From Candidatus Krumholzibacteriota bacterium (lineage in GTDB: Bacteria; Krumholzibacteriota; Krumholzibacteriia; LZORAL124-64-63): a DNA stretch of 11,625 nt. Shown here in pieces: positions 1 to 8,166 of the stretch. The notes beneath the pieces are model-generated. The model had not been told where the DNA came from. It ran no database searches and saw only the letters and a list, made by a program, of their open reading frames with translations. Position 1 is the stretch's first letter, and every line of letters begins with the position of its first letter. The stretch covers positions 1 to 11,625 of the forward strand of contig JBDLKA010000107.1 in the NCBI GenBank assembly GCA_039714075.1. Reading direction: 5' to 3'. Both the position numbers and the translations under genes were made by a program.

Positions 1-1
1 C

Positions 2-1381
<1,380 letters not shown>

Positions 1382-1385
1382 GCTG

Positions 1386-1799
1386 ATGGCCAAGTCTTTC
1401 AAGGTGATCATCGTCACCCCCGACAAGACCGCCTACGAGGGCGATGCCGTTTCGGCGACGATCCCCGGCCTGGCGGGCTACCTCGGGGTGTGGGCCAACC
1501 ACGCGCCCCTGGTGGCGGCGGTCATCCCCGGCATGGTCACCCTGCGGCTGGACGACGCCGGCAGCATGCGTTACCTGTCCGTCGGGACGGGTTTCGTGGA
1601 GGTTAGCGACAACGTCGTGAACCTGATGACCGAGACGTGCGAGATGTCGGAGGAAATCGACGTCCGGCGCGCCGAGGAAGCGGTTGAGCGGGCACGCAAA
1701 CGGCTGACGGATATGGAGAAGGATCTCGATCGTGAGCGTGCCCGCTTGTCTTTGGCCCGGGCCGAGGCGCGGGTGCAGGCGACGCGTAAGGGAAAATAG
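1386..1799 (+). CDS. atpC: F1Fo ATP synthase subunit epsilon (137 aa)
   Basis: Starts 4 nt after the atpD stop. N-terminal beta-sandwich motifs (IVTPD, G-YLGVWANHAPLV, GFVEV) and a C-terminal helical hairpin (IDVRRAEEAVERARKRL...RAEARV). This is the canonical atpD-atpC order. Confidence 0.97.
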   Translation: MAKSFKVIIVTPDKTAYEGDAVSATIPGLAGYLGVWANHAPLVAAVIPGMVTLRLDDAGSMRYLSVGTGFVEVSDNVVNLMTETCEMSEEIDVRRAEEAVERARKRLTDMEKDLDRERARLSLARAEARVQATRKGK

Positions 1800-1832
1800 A
1801 TACGCGGGTCTGTGATAAATGATATGAGGCTG

Positions 1833-1867
1833 GCCGCCGGGTCCTGATGGGCTCGGCGGTTTTTTTT
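1833..1867 (+). terminator. Rho-independent terminator of the atp operon
   Basis: Stem GCCGCCGGGTCC (1833-1844), loop TGAT, stem GGGCTCGGCGGT (1849-1860): 12 bp including G-U pairs, followed by a T run to 1867. Confidence 0.9.
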
Positions 1868-1907
1868 GTGCACGGCCATTAAGCGGGGATATGGGATATC
1901 CCTGCGA

Positions 1908-1931
1908 AAAAGTGTCCCCGGGGACACTTTT
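1908..1931. repeat. 24-bp perfect palindrome AAAAGTGTCCCCGGGGACACTTTT (REP-like element or operator)
   Basis: Read directly from the sequence. It has no spacer and lies between the atp terminator and the next gene. Function is unknown. Confidence 0.85.
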
Positions 1932-2003
1932 GGTGATAAATTTTGCTATCCATTTTCATAAATCTGTGGATATGATACGGGCTCAAACCGGAAGGAGCTC
2001 GAT

Positions 2004-2567
2004 ATGATATCCCTGACGGCCCTCTGGCTGCCGATCGTGCTGTCCTCGGTGGCGGTATTCTTCGTCAGCTTCATCATTCACATGGTCTTGAAGTACCACA
2101 ACAACGATTACGGCCAGGTCCCCTCCGAGGACGGCGTGATGGACGCGCTGCGCCCTTTCGACATCCCGCCGGGCGACTACGTGCTGCCCCGCGCGGCCGA
2201 CATGAAGGCCATGGGCTCGGACGAGTTCAAGGCGAAGCAGGACAAGGGCCCTGTCGCCATCATGACGGTGCTGCCCAACGGACAGTGGAGCATGGCCAAG
2301 AGCCTGGTGCAGTGGTTTGTGTACTGCCTGGTGACCGGGGTTCTGGTGGCCTACATCACACGGATGACCATCGCTCCGGGCGCGGACTACCTGCTGGTTC
2401 ACCGGGTAGCCGGCGCGACGGCCTTCTGCTGCTACTCCATGGCGCACCTGTCGAATTCGATCTGGTACATGAAGAAGTGGTCCGGCACCCTGAAGAACAT
2501 GTTCGACGGACTGGTCTACGGATTGGTGACCGGCGGCGTGTTCGGGTGGTTGTGGCCGGGAGTTTAG
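2004..2567 (+). CDS. Uncharacterised integral membrane protein (187 aa, about 4 predicted TM segments)
   Basis: RBS GGAAGGAG at 1990-1997 and GC3-rich codon usage. Hydrophobic segments: LWLPIVLSSVAVFFVSFII, LVQWFVYCLVTGVLVAYI, VAGATAFCCYSMAHL and GLVYGLVTGGVFGWLW. Confidence 0.85.
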   Translation: MISLTALWLPIVLSSVAVFFVSFIIHMVLKYHNNDYGQVPSEDGVMDALRPFDIPPGDYVLPRAADMKAMGSDEFKAKQDKGPVAIMTVLPNGQWSMAKSLVQWFVYCLVTGVLVAYITRMTIAPGADYLLVHRVAGATAFCCYSMAHLSNSIWYMKKWSGTLKNMFDGLVYGLVTGGVFGWLWPGV

Positions 2568-2599
2568 AGCCTCTTCTGCAGCTCGACATCATTACCTGA

Positions 2600-2625
2600 G
2601 GAAAGGCCCCCCGGGGGGCCTTTTC
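2600..2625 (+). terminator. Probable intrinsic terminator, possibly bidirectional
   Basis: 22-bp perfect inverted repeat AAAGGCCCCCC/GGGGGGCCTTT (2602-2623), about 35 nt after the stop at 2567, with short A and T flanks. Confidence 0.7.
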
Positions 2626-2661
2626 ACTTGCGGGTCCGTTTCTCCTACGGAATTGCCCTGC

Positions 2662-2690
2662 TTTACCGGATTCCCTATATCCATTATGCT
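2662..2690 (+). promoter_or_regulatory. Candidate sigma70-type promoter for the beta-helix lipoprotein gene
   Basis: TTTACC (2662-2667), 17 nt, TATGCT (2685-2690). An alternative is TTGCCC (2653-2658), 17 nt, TATATC (2676-2681). Consensus match only. Confidence 0.35.
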
Positions 2691-2750
2691 GAAAACCCGA
2701 AATACCCTGGTTCGCCTCAAGCCATCTTACCCGACAGCAAGAAGGCTTCC

Positions 2751-4625
2751 ATGCATCGAACCCACTTGCGCTCTCTGTGGTGCTTGCTCCTGATTTCCGC
2801 AACCGCCGCCCTCCTGCTGAGCGCCTGTTCCAGCGGCGACGAGACCGATCCCGGGCCACCGCCTCCGCCCAAGAAACCACTGATGATCGACGATCTGGCC
2901 GCCACCGCGGGCACGGCTACTTCGGTCACGCTCACCTGGACCTCGCCCGCACTGGCGGACAAGGCGGCCATCCGGTACGACCTGCGGTACCTCCCCTTCG
3001 GTTCGGAAAACGACCCTTGGGATACGTGGGTCGGGGCGGCCCCGCCCACCGAGGACGCCTCTTCGGGACAGACGCACACCCACGAAGTGACCGGGCTGAC
3101 CTCCGGCCATGCCTATGTGTTCCGCATGACCGCCAGCACCGACGGGGTCGAATGGTCCGAGGCGTCCAACCTGGTCGTGGCCACCGCGGCGCCGGATTTC
3201 GACACCACGCCGCCGGCCGCCATTACCGGGGTGATCCTGAACAGCAGCACCGGCAGCAGCCTGAACGTGGTCTGGCCCCTGACAGGGGACGACGGTCCCT
3301 ACGGCCTGGCGTCCGGTTACCAGGCGCGCTACGCGGATGCACCCATCACCCCGGAAACCTGGGGTGCGGCCACGCCGGTACCCGGTCCGATCTACGCCAG
3401 CGAACTGCCGGGCATGATGGAAACCGGAATCACAGGCCTGAACCCCGGCCAGGAATACTTCGTGGCGGTGGTCGGGATCGACGACCACGCCAACGAGTCG
3501 GACCTTTCCAACGTGGTTGCGGCCACGACGGCCGAATGGTCCACCATCTACGTAAACGTCGAGGGCACGGGCGACCATCCCACCATCGAGGACGCCATCA
3601 ATGCCGCGGTCGCCGGGGATCTCATCCTGGTCGGACCGGGGCGCTACACCTGGACCAACCAGGCCACGGGCGATTCGCTGCTGGGAATGATCAACGTTCC
3701 CCGCGATTACACCGATTTCGAGGTGCGCAGCCTCGCGGGGGCCGGGGCCACCATTCTCGACGCCGAGCTTCACGGCAAGGTCATGTCCGTCACGGGGGGC
3801 TTTTCGGGCGAACCCGGAAATTACGATTACGCGGGCATCACCATCGACGGCTTCACCTTCACCAACGGGCGGGCCCTGGCGGTCGAACCCAACCCGGACG
3901 AAGGCTGGTCGGGCGCCGGCCTGAACCTCCACCTTTCCGACACGGTGGTCCGCAACTGCATCTTCACCGGCAACGAGGCGACCGAAGGCGGTGGGATGTG
4001 GGTCGGTGGCCAGGGGGACGCGGTCATCGAGAACTGCCTGTTCGAGAACAACCGGGCCGTGTTCGGGGGCGGTATCCTGCTGATCAACAGCGAGCCGCGG
4101 ATCACGGTCCGTGACTGCACCTTCCGGGGCAATCACGCCCGGACCGCGGGTGGCGGGATCTTCGCCTACCACGTCACGGCCACCATGGAGAACCTGCTGG
4201 TCGTAGGGAACGATTCGTCGGACAAGGGCGGCGGGATTTCCGTGGCCACCCTGAATCCCGGTTGCGAGGTGATCCGCTGCACCGTGGCCGACAACCAGGC
4301 GCCCCTGGGTTCGGCGATCCGCCTGACGGAATCCGACCTGAGGATCGAAAGCTCACTGCTGGCCTTCAACACCGGCAGCGCGGCTTTCAGTTCGGTGGTG
4401 CAGAGCGAACCGGCGATCGGCTGCACCCTGGTCTTCGGTCACGACCAGGGCAACCAGCTGCCCTTCAACCACACGGATCTGGGCGGAAATCTGGAACTCG
4501 ATCCGTGGTTCTGCGACCGGGTGGACTACCTGCTGCGGGATACGTCGCCGTGTCTGCCCGGGAGCCATCCCGACGGGGCGGAATGCGGGGGGATCGGAGC
4601 GCGGGGGATCGGTTGCGGTCGTTGA
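2751..4625 (+). CDS. Lipoprotein with two fibronectin type III-like domains and a right-handed parallel beta-helix (pectin lyase-like fold), 624 aa
   Basis: The ATG at 2751, with AAGAAGG upstream, is preferred over the TTG at 2628 because it gives a signal peptide with lipobox LSA-C26. A poly-Pro linker follows. Two FN3-like units: SVTLTWTSP...YDLRY...GLTSGHAYVFRM...SN and SLNVVWP...YQARY...GLNPGQEYFVAV...SN. Beta-helix cap PTIEDAINAAVAGDLILVGPGRY, repeated xxNCxFxxNxAxxGGG coils, and a Cys-rich tail DPWFC...SPCLPG...CGGIGARGIGC. Confidence 0.88.
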   Translation: MHRTHLRSLWCLLLISATAALLLSACSSGDETDPGPPPPPKKPLMIDDLAATAGTATSVTLTWTSPALADKAAIRYDLRYLPFGSENDPWDTWVGAAPPTEDASSGQTHTHEVTGLTSGHAYVFRMTASTDGVEWSEASNLVVATAAPDFDTTPPAAITGVILNSSTGSSLNVVWPLTGDDGPYGLASGYQARYADAPITPETWGAATPVPGPIYASELPGMMETGITGLNPGQEYFVAVVGIDDHANESDLSNVVAATTAEWSTIYVNVEGTGDHPTIEDAINAAVAGDLILVGPGRYTWTNQATGDSLLGMINVPRDYTDFEVRSLAGAGATILDAELHGKVMSVTGGFSGEPGNYDYAGITIDGFTFTNGRALAVEPNPDEGWSGAGLNLHLSDTVVRNCIFTGNEATEGGGMWVGGQGDAVIENCLFENNRAVFGGGILLINSEPRITVRDCTFRGNHARTAGGGIFAYHVTATMENLLVVGNDSSDKGGGISVATLNPGCEVIRCTVADNQAPLGSAIRLTESDLRIESSLLAFNTGSAAFSSVVQSEPAIGCTLVFGHDQGNQLPFNHTDLGGNLELDPWFCDRVDYLLRDTSPCLPGSHPDGAECGGIGARGIGCGR

Positions 4626-4649
4626 CAACTCGTTGATTTATCACGAAAT

Positions 4650-4683
4650 AGTCCGGGATTTTTGGGATCCCGGACTTTAATTT
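4650..4683 (+). terminator. Probable intrinsic terminator after the beta-helix lipoprotein gene
   Basis: AGTCCGGGAT (4650-4659) and ATCCCGGACT (4667-4676) form a 10-bp inverted repeat, followed by TTAATTT. It begins about 25 nt after the stop codon. Confidence 0.65.
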
Positions 4684-4744
4684 GGGGGAAATCACTCCGG
4701 TTATTTTCCCAATCATACTTATTTATGCAAATATCGAAACAAAC

Positions 4745-4773
4745 TTGACAAAAAATCGAATATCTGACATCCT
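4745..4773 (+). promoter_or_regulatory. Candidate sigma70 promoter for the 965-aa secreted protein gene
   Basis: Perfect -35 TTGACA (4745-4750), 17-nt spacer, extended -10 TG-a-CATCCT (TG at 4765-4766, hexamer at 4768-4773), with an AT-rich UP-like tract upstream. Confidence 0.55.
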
Positions 4774-5037
4774 CATCGCCTCGCCTATACCCGGCCGCCC
4801 GTGGACGGGGTATCCATGAACACATCGTCAGCCTGATTCAGTCATATCCATGATTTGATACGGCGGTAACTGATTAATTTCGGGTTCCATTGACCCCAGG
4901 GGAGAGGGATCAATCCAGGAACCATTTCCGGGAAAGGGGGACACACCCGGTTTCTTGTTTGTCGCGGGGGAATAGGGCGATCGCCCGGCCTTTACATTCC
5001 TGAATCACAATTCAAAATTTGCAATAGGGGGAAGCTC

Positions 5038-7935
5038 ATGATGCTTCGCGTCACTCTGATCGTTTTGGGGGTTGTCGGCATTTTGGTCCTGGCGGCCTAT
5101 GTTGCCACGGCTGCCGGACCCGTCGCCACACCCGATGGAATTTTCAAAGGCGAAAGGGGCGAAATCCCCGCGGTCGTCGACAAGGCGTTCGGCGAGCCCA
5201 CGGATTTCAAGGCCTCCGCTCTGGCGGGCGCCGACTACATTCGTTACATGCAGGCGGATATTACCGAGGACAACGCCGGCAACGGGGATCCCGATTTTCC
5301 GGTGGACGACCCGGACGACGCCGGCTGGGACTGGATCCTGCCCGGCTTCGAGCATTCGGCAAACGCGAGCGCACCGAACGTGTACGGGGTGTGCGCCAAC
5401 GCGGCGTACCAGGCCTACCTGATCGAGGCCGATCCCGCGCTGTTCACGACCATGAAGGACGCGGCGGACTACATCGTGACCGCGGGTCCGGCCAGCATAC
5501 GGTCGGCGGCCGACATGGTGTTCCTGCTCGACTTCGCCACCCTGCCCGCGGTGACCAGTCCTCTGACCTACCAGAACGGCGCGGCGGCCATCTGGGCCTA
5601 CCGGCTGGCCAACTACGGCGGCACCGCGACGAGTTTCGCCGAGGGTCTGCGCGATTACCGGGGCAACCACGGTTGGCCCAACGGCATCATCCCCTGGGAT
5701 CTGGCTCCCTACGTGACAAGTCTGATGCGGCTGGAAACCCTCTTCCCGGGCAACAACTACGCCAGTGACGCGGCGGAAATCGTCGAGGTCATCTACCAGG
5801 ACAGCTTCAACGCCAACCCCGGGTTCTTCGAGCCCCACGTGGCCACGAGCAAGGGCTGGGATCCCACCGGGACCGACAGCAAGTTCTGGCTCTATCCCGC
5901 GGGAGTGGCGGGCATCATCACCGCCTTCCAGGCCACGGGTCTGCACCTGGCGGAAATCCCGGCCCTGGAAACGGTGATGCTGGAATGCCAGTACGCCGAT
6001 GGGGCCTACAGCTTCCAGTACGGTGCGGAGACCAGCTTCGACGACCGTGACTGGCAGGTGACGGCCTACTGCGTTTTCGGCCTGTGGGATTTCATGGCGC
6101 ACACGCCGGCCAACCTGGCGTCCCTCTATGATGCCACGGCTTGGCTGGCCGCCACCCAGGACGCCAGTGGCGGCTGGGTTTACGGCAGTGGCGACCACTA
6201 TCCCGAAATCAGCGGCGAATCCGCGGCGGCCGTGGCCTACGGCTGGTTTGCGGCCGGGGCGGCCCTGAACACGACGGCCACCGGTGCCGATCCCGCCCTG
6301 TGCGGCGTGACCAAGACGGTCACTTTCGACTACGACCGGGGCGAAGCCACCCCCGGCCTGTTCGGTTATGAAGTGGTCCTGCAGATCACCGGCCCGGTGA
6401 CCGCGGTGGTCGCGGGCGACTTCACCGAGATCACGGGCATGGATTTTTTCACCGTCGTCGATGACGGCGGCGGACAGTTCACGGTCAACGGAACCCGCTT
6501 CGGCGCGGATCCCGGCATCCTGACCGACGCCGACCTGTTCTCGGTGGACCTGACGACCGCCGGCGACGGCACGGTGGACGTCAGCATCCTCAGCTACCGT
6601 TTCCGCGATCCGGTGAACACCTTCATCTTCGCGGACATGAACGGGATGGATTTCGTGGTGGACTGCACCGCGCCCGGACCGGTGGCGGACATCGCCGCGG
6701 CGCCGCGCCACAACAAGGTCGATGTGACCTGGACCCACGACGGGACCGACACCGCGACCTACGAGATCTATCGCGGACTGTGGTACGACACGGCCGTGGG
6801 GGTTTCGGCCTATCCCGAATACGACGATCTGGGCGGCAACACGATCCCGGCCCGGCCCGCGGACCGTGACGCTGCGATCGCCAGCGGCGAGTGGGCTTAC
6901 GCCGGCGCCGTGGCCGTCGGTACCCTGAACTTCACCGACGTGTGGCCGGATGAAACCAGCCGCGGCGTCTACTACTACGAGGTCTTCGCGGTCGACACGG
7001 CCGGCAACGGCGGTGCCGCCGCGGCGGCCAACGATCGTTCCACCAACTACTGGCTGGGCGATGTGCCTCCCTACATCGACGGCTTTGTCGACGTGGACGA
7101 CATCACCGTGCTGGGCGCGTGCTTCGCGACCTCCCACGGCGGCGCCTTCTACAACAACATGTGCGACGTCGGCCCCACGGACGACTGGAGCCGGTTGGGT
7201 ATTCCCCTGACCGACAGCCTCATCGACTTCGAGGACCTGATGGTCTTCTCGATGAACTACAGCGTGGTTGGTCCGGCCAAGACCGACGGTCTCGTTTCGC
7301 GGACCATCGACCTGGCCTGGATCGAGTTGGAAGACGGCCGTTGGGCCCTGCACCTGCTCGGCGGATCCGGGCTGAAGGGCGTGCGGGTGCGCGCCGCGGT
7401 GCCGGTTTCCGCGGTGACGGTCGGGGAACTGCCGGCTGCCCAGCCCGAGATGACCTTCCTGGTCAACACGGGCAGCGCCATGGACGTGAACCTGGCCCTG
7501 ATGGGTCGCGGCCTCGGCTTTGTCGGCACCGGCGAACTGTTCGTGCTCGAAGCCGGAGCAGCGATTGCGCCGGAGGATCTGGTGATCGACCTGCGCGGCA
7601 CCGACAACTCGAAACTCGACTACACCCTGGACAAGGTCGGCGGCTCGGCTACGCCGATGGTCTTCAACCTGGGCGCCAACTATCCCAACCCGTTCAATCC
7701 ACTGACCAGGATCAGCTTCTCGCTGCCCGAGGCGCGGGACGTCGTGATGGCGGTCTACAGTCTGGACGGACGCAGGGTGGCAACCCTGCTGAATGAAACC
7801 CGCGGCGCGGGCGATCATGAAGTCGTCTGGATGGGCCGCGACGACGCGGGCCAGCTGGTGGCTTCGGGAACGTATTTCTACAGGATCGATGCCGGACCCT
7901 ATAGCCAGGTCCGGAAGATGACCCTGATGAAATAG
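5038..7935 (+). CDS. Large secreted modular protein: QW-repeat (prenyltransferase/squalene cyclase-like alpha/alpha) region, cohesin-like, FN3-like and dockerin/EF-hand-like modules, and a C-terminal FlgD-Ig/T9SS type A-like sorting domain (965 aa)
   Basis: RBS-like AGGGGGAAG before ATG ATG; N-terminal signal peptide. QW-like motifs LECQYADGAY and WLAATQDASGGW. FN3-like VDVTWT...YEIYR...YYYEVFAVDTAGN. Paired Asp-rich loops DGFVDVDDI and DSLIDFEDL. The C-terminus NYPNPFNPLTRISFSL...VYSLDGRRVATL...WMGRDDAGQLVASGTYFYRI...RKMTLMK is the typical FlgD-Ig/Por-secretion-type tail. Confidence 0.88.
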   Translation: MMLRVTLIVLGVVGILVLAAYVATAAGPVATPDGIFKGERGEIPAVVDKAFGEPTDFKASALAGADYIRYMQADITEDNAGNGDPDFPVDDPDDAGWDWILPGFEHSANASAPNVYGVCANAAYQAYLIEADPALFTTMKDAADYIVTAGPASIRSAADMVFLLDFATLPAVTSPLTYQNGAAAIWAYRLANYGGTATSFAEGLRDYRGNHGWPNGIIPWDLAPYVTSLMRLETLFPGNNYASDAAEIVEVIYQDSFNANPGFFEPHVATSKGWDPTGTDSKFWLYPAGVAGIITAFQATGLHLAEIPALETVMLECQYADGAYSFQYGAETSFDDRDWQVTAYCVFGLWDFMAHTPANLASLYDATAWLAATQDASGGWVYGSGDHYPEISGESAAAVAYGWFAAGAALNTTATGADPALCGVTKTVTFDYDRGEATPGLFGYEVVLQITGPVTAVVAGDFTEITGMDFFTVVDDGGGQFTVNGTRFGADPGILTDADLFSVDLTTAGDGTVDVSILSYRFRDPVNTFIFADMNGMDFVVDCTAPGPVADIAAAPRHNKVDVTWTHDGTDTATYEIYRGLWYDTAVGVSAYPEYDDLGGNTIPARPADRDAAIASGEWAYAGAVAVGTLNFTDVWPDETSRGVYYYEVFAVDTAGNGGAAAAANDRSTNYWLGDVPPYIDGFVDVDDITVLGACFATSHGGAFYNNMCDVGPTDDWSRLGIPLTDSLIDFEDLMVFSMNYSVVGPAKTDGLVSRTIDLAWIELEDGRWALHLLGGSGLKGVRVRAAVPVSAVTVGELPAAQPEMTFLVNTGSAMDVNLALMGRGLGFVGTGELFVLEAGAAIAPEDLVIDLRGTDNSKLDYTLDKVGGSATPMVFNLGANYPNPFNPLTRISFSLPEARDVVMAVYSLDGRRVATLLNETRGAGDHEVVWMGRDDAGQLVASGTYFYRIDAGPYSQVRKMTLMK

Positions 7936-8091
7936 GGAACAATCACGCGCACCGGGATGTTCTCGGTCTCAGGCCTGGGGCGGTCGCCATTTTCTTGTTG
8001 GCGGTGATCGCTCCGGGCCGTTCAGACCGGGTGCCGGTCCTTCCCGGCTCTTCAATATCCGTCTCCAAGTCGGCCTTGGATTTCCTTTCCG

Positions 8092-8120
8092 TTCACGGTT
8101 TTCGGCATCCCTGCTATATT
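8092..8120 (+). promoter_or_regulatory. Candidate sigma70 promoter for the dsrC-like/DUF885/DUF481 cluster
   Basis: TTCACG (8092-8097), 17 nt, TATATT (8115-8120), with extended -10 TG at 8112-8113. It lies about 47 nt upstream of the GTG start. Confidence 0.55.
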
Positions 8121-8166
8121 GTTCTGCCATGGATACCGGTTTGGCCTGTTTGTAACAGGAGGACGC

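Noticed and set aside
1965..1973. DnaA-box-like TGTGGATAT (one mismatch to TGTGGATAA) in an AT-rich gap
   Set aside because: It is a single imperfect box with no cluster, no unwinding-element repeats and no dnaA/dnaN context, which is insufficient for an origin call.
2628..2750. N-terminal extension of the lipoprotein ORF from the TTG at 2628
   Set aside because: It has no RBS, covers the predicted promoter region and would bury the signal peptide. The ATG at 2751 fits better.
2727..4172. ORFs 2727..4172 (-) and 2777..4114 (+)
   Set aside because: They are shadow frames of the FN3/beta-helix lipoprotein gene.
4633..4644. FNR/CRP-like site TTGATTTATCAC
   Set aside because: The half-site spacing is 2 nt rather than the 4 nt of TTGAT-N4-ATCAA.
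5005..7818. 937-aa ORF on the minus strand
   Set aside because: It is the antisense shadow of the 965-aa gene. High GC3 codon bias suppresses stops on the opposite strand, and it has no recognisable motifs.
8064..8090. Hairpin TCCAAG-TCGGC-CTTGGA followed by TTTCCTTT as terminator of the 965-aa gene
   Set aside because: It has only a 6-bp stem of modest GC content with an interrupted U tract, and it is about 130 nt from the stop, so it is too weak to call.
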